Part shown: piece by piece, positions 37,831 through 47,507 of the stretch
Layout: every line of letters begins with the position of its first letter
How positions within the stretch are numbered: position 1 is the stretch's first letter
Origin: Candidatus Latescibacterota bacterium
GTDB taxonomy: Bacteria > Latescibacterota > UBA2968 > GCA-2709665
Assembly (NCBI GenBank): GCA_965116875.1
Contig: OZ220733.1
Coordinates: 1,952,001 to 2,016,000 of the forward strand
DNA length: 64,000 bases
Direction of reading: 5' to 3'
Program-made: the position numbers and the translations under genes
Notes under the pieces: generated by a model
The model's input: only the letters and a program-made list of their open reading frames with translations
Database searches by the model: none
Told to the model about the DNA's origin: nothing

Positions 37831-37874
37831 AACAAGAGCGCAAAGGCCACCGGCTTTTGCGCTCTTGTTTTTTT
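37831..37874 (+). terminator. Intrinsic terminator after gltA
   Basis: 18-bp stem AACAAGAGCGCAAAGGCC-ACC-GGCTTTTGCGCTCTTGTT (one G-U pair) followed by a T-run. Confidence 0.85.
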
Positions 37875-37988
37875 GCCTGCCGGCATTGGCGATTGGCATC
37901 GCAATTACGTATCGCGACCCGTCTTGATTGACCGATGATCGCAAAACCACTTCACCGGGGAACCCGTCACAAAGGAACACACATATTG

Positions 37989-38279
37989 CTAATTCAATGG
38001 ATGTGCATCCATGTATTCGCGTACCGCATTCCTGATTACCGTTCGAATACCTCCACCATGTTTCCTGCAGTATTCAAAGGTTTCCCGGTCTATAGGAATC
38101 TGCGCCAGTATTTCGGTCTTTTCCCAATCTTCAGCGCTCGAGAAAGGTGGCGCGTCGGGGTCGGAACACGCCGCCGCGTTCAATTCGGCTTCCGTCAACA
38201 CGTTGACCCGATTCCAGTCTGACTGTGAATCTTCCGGCAGGTCATCGCGGGAATATCTCACGATATTTTCTTCGCTCAT
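37989..38279 (-). CDS. BrnA-like antitoxin
   Basis: MSEENIVRY...SDWNRV...ACSDPDAPP...IPIDRETFEY...INAVREYM-like RHH-type tail. Overlaps the toxin by 38 nt. Confidence 0.75.
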   Translation of the reverse strand: MSEENIVRYSRDDLPEDSQSDWNRVNVLTEAELNAAACSDPDAPPFSSAEDWEKTEILAQIPIDRETFEYCRKHGGGIRTVIRNAVREYMDAHPLN

Positions 38280-38517
38280 TTCGATTGGCTCTCCGTGCGG
38301 AGATGATTCGAAGGCGTGTGTTGCGAATGGCGTATACAACGTAGAGTTCAGAGTCTTCAACCTTGCCAACGGAAACGTATCGGATTTCTCCGTAGTCTTT
38401 CCGGTTATCGATAAAGGTGAATACGGGTCCATCAAAAACGCGCGCAGCCGACAAAAAGCTTACACCGTGTTTCCGGATATTCAACTCGTTCTTGCGTTCG
38501 TCCCATTCGAATTCCAT
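38242..38517 (-). CDS. brnT: BrnT family toxin
   Basis: MEFEWDERKNELNIRKHGVSF...DYGEIRY...RIISARRAN..ER..Y. Confidence 0.92.
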   Translation of the reverse strand: MEFEWDERKNELNIRKHGVSFLSAARVFDGPVFTFIDNRKDYGEIRYVSVGKVEDSELYVVYAIRNTRLRIISARRANRNERRKYREIFPR

Positions 38518-38532
38518 AGCCAGTTGATGTCA

Positions 38533-38561
38533 AAGATATGGGATCGGCCGTGTGTCGTCAA
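38533..38561 (-). promoter_or_regulatory. Promoter candidate for brnTA
   Basis: Minus strand TTGACG-N17-TATCTT, ending about 15 nt upstream of the brnT ATG. Confidence 0.5.
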
Positions 38562-38571
38562 GGTTTGGCGA

Positions 38572-39372
38572 TCACTCCCCGTAGAGCTTTAATGGCGAAA
38601 GTGTGATGAGGGATGGCTCGTCGTCGAGGACGCGGGAGACGTGTTCGAGGGTTGGAACGACGCGGAAAGCCTGCCAGACAGAGGATCCCACGCAATGCTG
38701 GCTGACGAGACCGGCGGATTTTACGCGTTCGCCCATCACGCTGAAGTTGAAACCGGGCCACATGCGCGAGTCGCCGGTGCTGGCGTAATTGCGCTCGACC
38801 CACAGGGCCTGGCTGTAGTGGAATATGGAGCAGACGTTGAAGCCGACGCCCATGAGCAGGTAGAGGGCGTTGCGCGCCACCAGCCAGTCCCATGGTGAGC
38901 CGTGGCCGAACGCTTTCTCGTCCCACGGGCTGAAACGAGGCCCGGCGGACCTGTGTCCTCCCATCGCTGCCCCGGCATCGGCCCCGATGGCGGCAAGCGA
39001 GTCGCAGCAGTGGTCGCTGCGCACGGCTTCCGGACGCTGGCGGAAGACCTCGGTGATGTGTCCGACGTCCGATGGCGACGAATGGATGTTCCACGCTTCC
39101 AGGCGTGTCCGGTAGGTTGCGGACTCGCCATTGACTTTCTGAACGAATGTGGGAACGACCACGGTACCCGACTCGCCGACGGCTTCGACTGCCCCGTCGA
39201 TGACGGTATCCGCGCCGCCCTCAACGTATCCGAAACTCCTGAGGGAACTGTGAAAGAGTAACGCATCGCCTTCCCGAAGGCCGAGCGCGGCGAAGCCCTG
39301 AAGGATGTCGGATTTGCGGACTGTCGGACGGTTTGTCATGGAGTGACCGTAAACGGGGTCATAGCGGTTCAA
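38572..39372 (-). CDS. AAC(3)/Antibiotic_NAT family N-acetyltransferase-like protein
   Basis: LLFHSSLRSFGYVEGGADTVI, VVPTF, RSDH...SLAAIG, GHGSPW, LLMGVG, SIFHYSQ. TTG start overlaps the upstream stop; an alternative ATG is at 39339. Confidence 0.85.
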   Translation of the reverse strand: MNRYDPVYGHSMTNRPTVRKSDILQGFAALGLREGDALLFHSSLRSFGYVEGGADTVIDGAVEAVGESGTVVVPTFVQKVNGESATYRTRLEAWNIHSSPSDVGHITEVFRQRPEAVRSDHCCDSLAAIGADAGAAMGGHRSAGPRFSPWDEKAFGHGSPWDWLVARNALYLLMGVGFNVCSIFHYSQALWVERNYASTGDSRMWPGFNFSVMGERVKSAGLVSQHCVGSSVWQAFRVVPTLEHVSRVLDDEPSLITLSPLKLYGE

Positions 39373-40715
39373 CGTCGGCTTCGAAGCGCGTCGTCGACTG
39401 CAGCTACAAGCTGATCGACGTGCCGGTCTTCCATTGGCAATGAGACGTTACCGCCCAGTTTCCAGTAGATCCCGCGATTGAGCAGGGCGAAGAACAGCCA
39501 CCGGTGCAGGAGCTGGTTGTCACGGGCCGCTTCGCGGTAGTTCCGGGGCCGTTCGGCGAGGAAATGTACGCGGAACAGGGAGCCCGCCGTGATGACCCGT
39601 GCCTGGACGCCCGCAACCTGAAAGACACATTCGAGTCCTTCGGCGAGGCGCTGTGTCAGGGATGCCAGCCGTTCGTAGGCTTCCGGCGTGAGAAGGCGCA
39701 GGGTGGTGAGGCCCGCGACGATGGCGATGGGGTTGGCGTTATAGGTGCCGGAGTGCGGGATTTCCGGCGCGCTTCCGGTGGGGTTGTAGAGATCCAGAAT
39801 GTCGGCACGTCCCCCGACCACGGCGCCGGGTGTGCCGCCGGCAACGACTTTGCCCAGACACGTGAGGTCGGGGCGCAGGCCGTACGTTTCCTGCGCGCCG
39901 CCGCGGGACACGCGGAAGCTGACGATTTCATCGAAGATGAGCAGGACGCCGGCGCGTTCGGTGATTTCACGGAGCCGCGACAGAAAACCGTCTTTCGGAA
40001 GGGTGAAGCCGGCCGCCGTCGAGAGCGGATCGACAATCACCGCGGCCAGATCGTCCCGGTGATCGTTGATAATTGAATCGCAGGCATCGGGGTCGTTGAA
40101 CGGGAGGACGATGACGTTCTCGACAGCCTGGGGCGTGAGGCCCCGCGAGGAAGCCACGGATTCGGGACGTTCGGGCGGTCCCAGATTCCCGTCCAGCGGA
40201 GGGACGTGACTCACCATGACGTATTCGTCCATCCCATGGTACGCCCCTTCGAATTTGGCGATTCTGTTTTTGCCGGTGAAAGCGCGGGCGGCGCGGATGG
40301 CATTCAGGACGGCTTCGGTGCCCGAGCTGCAGAAGCGCACTTTTTCAAACGATCCAACACGGTTCTTCAGAAATTCGGCCATTTCGACTTCGAGGGCCAG
40401 TGGACGCGAGAAGCCCGTGCCGTGAGGGATCCGCTCCTGGAGGGCGGCGACGATTTCGGGATGCGCATGCCCCAGGATGAGGGCGGTGTTGTTGTTCACG
40501 AAATCGAGAAGGCGGTGGCCGTCCAGATCGATGAGATGGACGCCTTCGCCGCGATCGGCGTAGACCGGAAAGGGGTCGAAGTGGACGCCGGTGCGCGTGT
40601 TCCCGCCGGGCAGAGACGCCTGGGCGCGCCGGAACATCCCCCGGGAGCCGGGGTGGTTGTCCATGTATTCGGCAATCTGCCTGTCCAGGGAGGCCTGGAG
40701 GTTTCGCGGTTCCAT
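39369..40715 (-). CDS. Class III PLP aminotransferase (glutamate-1-semialdehyde aminomutase-like paralog)
   Basis: LPGGNTR, ILGHAHP, SSGTEA, KFEGAYHG, LIFDEIVSFR, DLTCLGK, HSGTYNANP. Confidence 0.9.
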   Translation of the reverse strand: MEPRNLQASLDRQIAEYMDNHPGSRGMFRRAQASLPGGNTRTGVHFDPFPVYADRGEGVHLIDLDGHRLLDFVNNNTALILGHAHPEIVAALQERIPHGTGFSRPLALEVEMAEFLKNRVGSFEKVRFCSSGTEAVLNAIRAARAFTGKNRIAKFEGAYHGMDEYVMVSHVPPLDGNLGPPERPESVASSRGLTPQAVENVIVLPFNDPDACDSIINDHRDDLAAVIVDPLSTAAGFTLPKDGFLSRLREITERAGVLLIFDEIVSFRVSRGGAQETYGLRPDLTCLGKVVAGGTPGAVVGGRADILDLYNPTGSAPEIPHSGTYNANPIAIVAGLTTLRLLTPEAYERLASLTQRLAEGLECVFQVAGVQARVITAGSLFRVHFLAERPRNYREAARDNQLLHRWLFFALLNRGIYWKLGGNVSLPMEDRHVDQLVAAVDDALRSRR

Positions 40716-40959
40716 GAAATCCTCGGCGCAGTGAGGGGGGCGACCAGGATGGTGAGGAAAACCGGCTCTGGCGGACGGCGTTGACAGAAGCGCTTCAAAA
40801 TACCGAAAAACAGGGCGGAATTTCAACTGATGATTGCAGTCGGGGCCGGGCGTCCCGTTGGTTGTGGGAAGGGGTTGACTTGCCCGGGGTACCGGCGTAG
40901 CATATAGTGGACGTTCCAAAGAGTCGGATTTGATATCGACGAATGACGGAGGTGTCGTT

Positions 40960-41976
40960 ATGGCGGGCCTGGAAGTCGATGGGTTGCCGCGGGTTTCCAG
41001 CGACCTGGGGTTGGCGAAGTCAAATATCGAGACATACGGGTATTGTTTGCTGAAGGACGCGCTGAGCCAGGGCCAGGTTTCGGCCATGCGAGAAAGGCTG
41101 GTGGAGCAGGCGGCGGCGGAAAGGCAACTCGGCGCGGCGTAGGAAGACGGAGGACGTGACCAGAACTGGGGATCGTTCCGGGACGAAGGCGGTCGGGTGC
41201 GGCCCGAGGCGTTCACGGCTGCGCAGGGGGGCGTCAACCAGCGGCTGTGGATGTTGATCAATAAGGGACGGGTATTTCATGAGGTGTTGTTTCAGGAACG
41301 GGTCCGGGAAGTGATTGGCCACGTTCTGGGCGAGGAGTACCTGCTTTCGAGCTTTACCGCGAATATTGCCAAACCGGGCGGGGTGGAGATGGATCTGCAT
41401 ACCGACCAGTGGTGGATGCCCGCGCCCACGCGTCCAGGCCGGAAGGCATTGCCGGTGGGCTCGATCACCCGGGAGCAGTTCGACGTGGACTCTAACGAAG
41501 CATCGCCGATGATCGCACCCGCGGCAGCGGTGAACGTACTCTGGATGCTCGTCGATTTCACCCCCGGAAATGGGGCAACGCGGGTCGTTCCGGGAAGCCA
41601 CCTGTTCGGGCGGCAGCCGCACGGGACTTCCGATTTGGAGGCAGTTTCCGCGGAGGGTCCGGCCGGTACGGCCCTGATTATCGACGCGCGGATCTGGCAT
41701 GGGACCGGGGCCAACGTGACCTGCGGCGAACGGTTGGCGCTGCTCACGACCTTCTGCGGCCCGCAGTTCCGGCCCCAGGAGAATTTCACAGTGGGCACGT
41801 CGCCGGAGGTGTTGCGGGAAGCCTCTCCCGAGTTGCTGGCGCTGCTCGGGTTCAAGGTCTGGCACGCATACGGTCGCATCGAAAACCCTGCCGTGGAGTT
41901 CATTTCGCCCGGCGAGCCGTCGCTGGGAGAACTGCGTCCGGAGTCGTGCGATGGCATCCAGAGATCGGGTCGATAG
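40960..41976 (+). pseudogene. PhyH-family dioxygenase gene interrupted by one in-frame TAG (41140-41142)
   Basis: GGAGGT RBS and ATG 40960 (MAGLEVDGLP...ETYGYCLLKDALS). After ...LGAA-TAG the same frame continues EDGGRDQNWG...NQRLWMLINKG...LHTDQ...GATRVVPGSH...IWHGTG...R. Confidence 0.75.
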
Positions 41977-42214
41977 ACGGACCATATCAATCCATTGCAC
42001 CGGATGCCGGACGCTGCTTTACAGATACCGCAAGGGCGGTAGAGGCGGCCTGGTCAAGTGCTTCGTGGAACGCATTGTCGAGGATTTTACCCGCGGAGAC
42101 CTGAATTGTCCGGAATGCGGGCAGGCGTTTGCGCGTGAACGGGTAATAAGCGGGCGACCCGTCCACAAGATCATCCAGGGCAAGGTGTATACCCGGGGGA
42201 TGTCGAGAAAGTAA
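41951..42214 (+). CDS. Small basic zinc-ribbon-like protein
   Basis: CTGC...YRKGGRGGLVKC...CPEC...KIIQGKV; overlaps the upstream gene. Confidence 0.65.
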   Translation: MASRDRVDRRTISIHCTGCRTLLYRYRKGGRGGLVKCFVERIVEDFTRGDLNCPECGQAFARERVISGRPVHKIIQGKVYTRGMSRK

Positions 42215-42233
42215 TATCAGTCAGGAGAAGAAA

Positions 42234-42773
42234 ATGGCGGAAGAACGCGCGACGTTCGGAGGGGGATGCTTCTGGTGCGTGGAGGCATTTTATCAGGACC
42301 TGTCCGGCGTGCTGGAGGTGGTCTCGGGATACGCGGGGGGATCGGTTCCGAATCCGACGTACGGGGAGGTGTGCGAAGGGACCACGGGGCATGCGGAGGT
42401 GGTACAGATCCGATTCGATCCGGAGACGGTTTCCTACAGGGACCTGCTGGACGTGTTCTGGCGCACGCACGATCCGACGACACTGAACCGGCAGGGCGCG
42501 GACGTGGGAACACAGTACCGGTCCGTCGTTTTTTATCATGACGAGAAACAACGGGCCGAGGCGACACAATCCATGGCTGAGACCGACGCGTCGGAATTGT
42601 GGAAGGATCCCATCGTGACCGAGATTTCGCCGCTGAGCGAGTTCTACAGGGCCGAGGAGTACCATCAGAACTACTATCGTTCAAATCGCGCGCAGCCCTA
42701 CTGCATCTTTGTGATCGACCCGAAGATGAAGTGGTTCAGGGATGCGTTTCAGGGACGATTGAAGACCGGGTAG
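42234..42773 (+). CDS. msrA: Peptide-methionine (S)-S-oxide reductase
   Basis: GGGCFWCVE, GYAGG, GHAEVVQI, HDPTTLNRQGADVGTQYRS, AEEYHQNYY, PYC. Confidence 0.97.
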   Translation: MAEERATFGGGCFWCVEAFYQDLSGVLEVVSGYAGGSVPNPTYGEVCEGTTGHAEVVQIRFDPETVSYRDLLDVFWRTHDPTTLNRQGADVGTQYRSVVFYHDEKQRAEATQSMAETDASELWKDPIVTEISPLSEFYRAEEYHQNYYRSNRAQPYCIFVIDPKMKWFRDAFQGRLKTG

Positions 42774-42777
42774 CGGG

Positions 42778-45003
42778 ATGGCTGGCGTTCGGTATGGATT
42801 CAGGCTGGAGGTGACGTCGGCGCTGCCCGCGGATCTCGGGCGTATTCCGATGTCTGTGGAGATGGATTTCGGTCGGGCGGTACAGGAAGTCGAGGCCACG
42901 GGCGTGTTCGATCCGAATTCCATCGAAGTTGAGGACGCGGTATCGGGCAAGCCGGTCGCGTTCGCCCGGACCGAGGATTTCGCCTATGGGGATCGGGGCA
43001 GAATCGAGTGGGTGATTGAAGATCCCGACCATACGGATTATGAAATCCGGTTTCGCACCCTGCCGAAGAGGCCGCCGCTACAGCCGCAGGAATACACGCC
43101 GATGATCGGCGTTGGCGATCTTCTGCGATACAACGCCGGGGTCCCGCGGCCGATTGCGCTGGCGCATTCGACGCGGCTTGTGGACGTCACCGGCGACGGC
43201 CGCGCCGATCTGGTGGGGTGCTGGAACTACTATTATCGACCGGGGTCGCCGGTCAGCGGGATTGTCTGTTATCCCCGTGTGGGACCGGAAGAGGATTTCA
43301 CGTTCGGGGATCTTGCCCGGCTGCGGTACGTGGAAAGAGAAGGATCGAGCCACTACAAGCACTTTCCGGACGTGTACGCCGAAGCGGATTTCTCGGATCT
43401 GAACGGCAACGGTTTGCCCGACATCGTGTACGCGGGGATGCGCGATACCGGGGTGACGGTCTACCTGAATTCCGGGAAACGGGACGGAGGCGGTTTGCCC
43501 GTCTTCGTGAAGGACATGGAGATTCCCGCGCCGGTCGGTCAGAACGCGGGGATCCACGTTGAGGATCTCAACGGGAATGGCGCTCCGGACCTGGTAGTCA
43601 ACGGACATTATATCCGGAATCAGAATCCGGACGGCTGGCCGTTCAGGGCCGCCGGGGCGGTGGATCTCGAGGTTGGGAAGCAACTCGTGTTCATGGACCT
43701 CGACGGCGACGGAATGCCGGACGTCATGGCGACGCCGGTTGGCGGTTGCGATCACCCATTGACGTGGCGGAAGAACCTGGGAGGCGATCCGCCCCGGTTC
43801 GGCCCGGAGCAGAAGCTGCGTGACCTGGAGCTGGACTTCTGCAGCCGCACAAGCACGGTAACGGACGGCAAGCGGAGCGGGATTCTGGTGCAGCACAATG
43901 CGTTTCAGAATCTCTCATTCTTTGAATTCGTCGGAACGCAGGACGGCCGGCCGCGATTCGAAAGCCGGGGAATATCCCGCTCGGTATCGGCGGTCATGTC
44001 ATTCAGCGATCAGGCGTGGCCGTGTCTGTCCGACTGGAACGGCGACGGGGTCTCCGATCTCGTCATCGGCGGCGGTTACGGGTGGCCGCGCGTGGTTGTC
44101 AATAGTGGGAGCAATGAGCGACCGGCCTGGACAGAGCCGGAACCGGTTCATTCCGAAGGTCAACCGATCCGTGTGTTGCGGGACGAGATCCTGCACAGCA
44201 GCCACTGGCACAATATGGGGTACCCGTATCCCGTGTTTGTGGATTGGGACGGGGACGGCCTGCCGGACCTGATGCTCCCCAATGAAACGAACCGGATTGT
44301 CTGGTACCGAAATATCGGAACGCCGGAAGAGCCTGCTTTTGGATCTCGCAGATTTCTCGAAGTGGATGGATACCCGGATTCCGAAGGACTGAGGGCCGAG
44401 TCGGGCAGGTACGCCGCAGACGAGACCCTGCCCAACAGTCCCTATCCCTCCGATACGCGGTCCCCGTTTTTCTGGCGGACCGGCGCGGCCTTTGCGGACT
44501 GGAACGGGGACGGTCTGATGGATTTCATCACACACGACCATACCCGTAAAGCAACGTTGTTCTTTCAATACAGGGATGGAGACGGTCACCGCAGACTCAG
44601 TCGCGGGGACCACGTTCGGCTGGTAGACGGCCGGGAGATCGACGATTCCATCGTGGGCCGGACGAAACACTGGACCGAGTCGTTCCGCGCCGTGGACTGG
44701 GACGGGGACGGATTGATCGACCTCGTCTATAATTTCGCGGGGACGGGCAAGATCTATCTGCTGCGCAACGTGGGATCGCTGGATGCGCCGGTGTTCGACC
44801 TGCCGAGAGAATTCAGGTGTTACGGCGAGGAGATCGCGTTTACGGTTCACGGACCGAACGCGTGGCCGGTTGATTTCAACGGTGATGGGAAGCCCGATCT
44901 GCTGGGATGCGTGGAGTGGAGCGTATATCCCTTCTACTCTCACGCGGCCCTGGAAATGGAGCGTCACCCCACGTACCGGATTGGAACAGCGAAGAGAATA
45001 TAG
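42778..45003 (+). CDS. FG-GAP/VCBS repeat (integrin-alpha-like beta-propeller) protein
   Basis: Nine D-x-x-G-(D/N)-G-x-x-D-(L/I/V/F) Ca-binding motifs, e.g. DVTGDGRADL, DWNGDGVSDL, DFNGDGKPDL. Confidence 0.85.
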   Translation: MAGVRYGFRLEVTSALPADLGRIPMSVEMDFGRAVQEVEATGVFDPNSIEVEDAVSGKPVAFARTEDFAYGDRGRIEWVIEDPDHTDYEIRFRTLPKRPPLQPQEYTPMIGVGDLLRYNAGVPRPIALAHSTRLVDVTGDGRADLVGCWNYYYRPGSPVSGIVCYPRVGPEEDFTFGDLARLRYVEREGSSHYKHFPDVYAEADFSDLNGNGLPDIVYAGMRDTGVTVYLNSGKRDGGGLPVFVKDMEIPAPVGQNAGIHVEDLNGNGAPDLVVNGHYIRNQNPDGWPFRAAGAVDLEVGKQLVFMDLDGDGMPDVMATPVGGCDHPLTWRKNLGGDPPRFGPEQKLRDLELDFCSRTSTVTDGKRSGILVQHNAFQNLSFFEFVGTQDGRPRFESRGISRSVSAVMSFSDQAWPCLSDWNGDGVSDLVIGGGYGWPRVVVNSGSNERPAWTEPEPVHSEGQPIRVLRDEILHSSHWHNMGYPYPVFVDWDGDGLPDLMLPNETNRIVWYRNIGTPEEPAFGSRRFLEVDGYPDSEGLRAESGRYAADETLPNSPYPSDTRSPFFWRTGAAFADWNGDGLMDFITHDHTRKATLFFQYRDGDGHRRLSRGDHVRLVDGREIDDSIVGRTKHWTESFRAVDWDGDGLIDLVYNFAGTGKIYLLRNVGSLDAPVFDLPREFRCYGEEIAFTVHGPNAWPVDFNGDGKPDLLGCVEWSVYPFYSHAALEMERHPTYRIGTAKRI

Positions 45004-45047
45004 ATGTCTGTACGCCGGATTTACGATAACCGGACGGTCTCGTCGTT

Positions 45048-45899
45048 TCAACGCTGCGTAGGCGATTCAACGACGGCCTTCCGGCGTGCGGTGGCAAGCG
45101 CTCGGTAGCAGAACTCCGCGGCATGCCACGGGTCGTAATCCGGCCGGCTCCAGATCATGGCGCTGACTTCCGCGCCAACGGGTACTTCGGTTCCGGCATC
45201 GAGCAGGGTCTTGAAGTATTCGATGAGGTCAAGACTGCCTTCGCCCGGCAACAGAAACGTCACGGCGCCGTCCTTCATATATCCGTCTTTGATGTGAATG
45301 TGGACGGTGTCGGGCAGGCAGAGGCGTGCAGCGCGCTGGAGGTCAATGCCCTGCACGTGAAAGTGGCTGTGGTCGAAGTGGATCTTGAGGTGGGGATGAC
45401 GGGTGTTCTTCATCAGCCACCCCGCTTTTTCGGGTGTGTCCAGGATTGCGCCGACGTGCGGTTCCACGGCCAGGATGACGTGGTGTTCGGCTGCGAGGTC
45501 CGCAAGTTCGACCAGGTCGGCGGCGGCGGCGTCTCTGTCGGTTTCCCATCTTGAGAGAGGTCCGCTTACCGTGGTGGTGATTATGGCAGGGTCGCCGCCG
45601 AAATTCAGGTCCCGGGCAAGGACGCAATTCTGGATGAAACGTGCAAGGGCCGCGCCGCGCTCGCCGTTCCGCGCGCACGTTGAAACGGGGCCGAAGAGGA
45701 CCGGTGGCGGGAAGCCGAGATCCCGCACGGTGTCTGCAAGTCTGCGCCTGGTCTTCCCATTGAGCTTGTGCGGCGCCGTCGGCCACGCGTCGCCGATGGC
45801 GATTTCGACAGCTTCGTAGCCGATCGCCCGGATTCTCGGCAGGGCATCGAAGACGTCTACGTTCTGCGTGGCGTAGGTGCTGAAACCGATCGGGATCAC
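45048..45899 (-). CDS. Sugar phosphate isomerase/epimerase (xylose isomerase-like TIM barrel)
   Basis: IGFSTY, IGYEAVEI, LAVEPH, IHFDHSH, HIHIKDG, LPGEG, GAEVS. GTG start at 45899; the longer ORF extension reads through repeats. Confidence 0.85.
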   Translation of the reverse strand: MIPIGFSTYATQNVDVFDALPRIRAIGYEAVEIAIGDAWPTAPHKLNGKTRRRLADTVRDLGFPPPVLFGPVSTCARNGERGAALARFIQNCVLARDLNFGGDPAIITTTVSGPLSRWETDRDAAAADLVELADLAAEHHVILAVEPHVGAILDTPEKAGWLMKNTRHPHLKIHFDHSHFHVQGIDLQRAARLCLPDTVHIHIKDGYMKDGAVTFLLPGEGSLDLIEYFKTLLDAGTEVPVGAEVSAMIWSRPDYDPWHAAEFCYRALATARRKAVVESPTQR

Positions 45900-45909
45900 A
45901 AGAGAACCT

Positions 45910-46172
45910 AAGGAAGAAGGATAAAGGATAAAGGAAGAAGGGAAAGGCGAGAGAATCGGGTAGAGGAGAGACGATAGACGGTAGAAGAAATGCGGGGAGA
46001 CGGTAGAGGTGAGACGGGAGAATAAGTCCTTGCCCGGTTTGTTTTCCTTCCTTGCCTTCGGCACGAAAAGAATCCTCACAAGGCTGGCAATCTCTCCCCT
46101 CTCCCGTCTTCCTTCTCACCAGGCGGTGGGCCGGGGTGTGGTCCTCTACCCTCTTCCGTCTCACGTCTTCCC
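45910..46172. repeat. Heptamer-unit purine/pyrimidine inverted repeat region with a core shared with 60844-60944
   Basis: AAGGAAG AAGGATA AAGGATA AAGGAAG..., GGTAGAG GAGAGAC GATAGAC GGTAGAA on the left; complementary CTCTACC CTCTTCC GTCTCAC GTCTTCC on the right. Confidence 0.7.
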
Positions 46173-46256
46173 GCCTTTCGAAGAAAATCCAACATCCCCT
46201 TTGTGTCAAGCGGTGTTGAAGCAGGTGCGGCGGAAGACTTGAGAAGAGAGAACGAT

Positions 46257-47495
46257 ATGGAGCGGATCAACCTGGGATTGGTGGGGTGCGGCGGTATGGG
46301 AACGCGGCACCTGTACGGTCTGCGGACCCTCGCACAGACGCCGTACAACAGGATTGATTTGAAGGCGGTGTGCGACATCAATCCGGAGAATGCCGGGATG
46401 GCGGCCGCGGAGGCCGGAAAGTTGCTGGGTGTGAAGCCCGCGATCTTTACGGACCTGGAGGCAATGGCCGCCGCGATGCCGGAACTGGATGCCGTGGACG
46501 TGGTGACCGATCCCGCGGTACACCACGAGGTTGCCTGCAAGGCGCTGGATCTCGGACTGCACGTGATGGTGGAAAAGCCAATGGCGATTACCGTTCGCGC
46601 CTGTCTGAGGATGATCCAGGCGGCGGAGCGGAACCGACGTGTCTTGTCCGTGGCGGAGAATTACCGGCGGGATCCTTCTGCGAGGCTGGTGCGCCACGAA
46701 TTGGCCGGCGGCGCGATAGGGACTCCGTACATGGGCTTGTTTCACGAGGTAAGCGACGGGGACCGGATATTCATCACTCCGTGGCGCCACCTCAAGAGTC
46801 GCGGAGGGCCTCTGGTGGACATGGGGGTACACTTTGCAGACCTGATCCGCTATCAGTTGGGGGATATTCAGGAAGTATACGGCGACGCGCGTCTCGTCGA
46901 GCCTGTGCGGCGGAAGTCCGAATCGATGTGGAGGCCTTACGAGTTTTATCGGAAACAGTACGAAAACATGGCGCCTGTGGTCCCGGCCGACGCGGAGGAT
47001 TCGTCCGTGGCGATGTTTCGCATGGCCGGTGGCGCCACCGTGAGCTGGGTGGTCGGACTGGGAGGATACGGGGGTTGCAGTACGCAGTTGATTCTGGGCA
47101 CGGAGGGGTGCATCGAGGGTTTTGGGACCCGCGGCGGACGGGTTCGGATGCGCCGGGGGCGCGAAGAGTTCCGGGAACAGGAAGAGATGCTCGCACAGGC
47201 CGAGGGCTTCGAACAGGATGCGCTTGCCGCCCACTTCTTTCCCACCGGGCTGACGTCGGCGGATCGGGAGGTCGACAGGAAGCTTCTCGCCATGGAGGTT
47301 TACGAGTTGGGCGAAGCCATCGCGGAGGGCAGGAAAGTGGAGGTGGACGGAATGGAAGGGTTGAAGGACGTGGCGGCCGTCTATGCGGTGTTCGAGTCAG
47401 CCGCGGCAGGCCGGGCGGTACAGATGGCGGAGGTCGAAAGCGGCGAAATTGATGCCTATCAGGCGGAGATAGACACGGCGCTGGGCATCGTGTGA
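46257..47495 (+). CDS. Gfo/Idh/MocA family oxidoreductase
   Basis: LGLVGCGGMG, LDAVDVVT, HVMVEKPMA, VAENYRR, DMGVHFADL. Confidence 0.9.
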   Translation: MERINLGLVGCGGMGTRHLYGLRTLAQTPYNRIDLKAVCDINPENAGMAAAEAGKLLGVKPAIFTDLEAMAAAMPELDAVDVVTDPAVHHEVACKALDLGLHVMVEKPMAITVRACLRMIQAAERNRRVLSVAENYRRDPSARLVRHELAGGAIGTPYMGLFHEVSDGDRIFITPWRHLKSRGGPLVDMGVHFADLIRYQLGDIQEVYGDARLVEPVRRKSESMWRPYEFYRKQYENMAPVVPADAEDSSVAMFRMAGGATVSWVVGLGGYGGCSTQLILGTEGCIEGFGTRGGRVRMRRGREEFREQEEMLAQAEGFEQDALAAHFFPTGLTSADREVDRKLLAMEVYELGEAIAEGRKVEVDGMEGLKDVAAVYAVFESAAAGRAVQMAEVESGEIDAYQAEIDTALGIV

Positions 47496-47507
47496 GAGGA
47501 GTGCCAA

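Noticed and set aside
38572-39372. Aminoglycoside resistance gene call for the AAC(3)-family ORF
   Set aside because: Family membership alone does not show resistance; the context is metabolic and the catalytic motif is altered.
39369-40715. Assigning the symbol hemL
   Set aside because: No tetrapyrrole genes are nearby and the N-terminal motif is GGNTR rather than the usual GGVNSPVR, so it is probably a paralog.
41140-41142. Genome-wide TAG reassignment
   Set aside because: Conserved genes such as gltA and msrA end at TAG at their expected C-termini.
40716-41261. Long N-terminal extensions in the ORF track (aminotransferase to 41261, isomerase to 46079, spermidine synthase-like from 35510)
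   Set aside because: They run through intergenic DNA, repeats or the opposite-strand gene; family similarity begins at the downstream starts.
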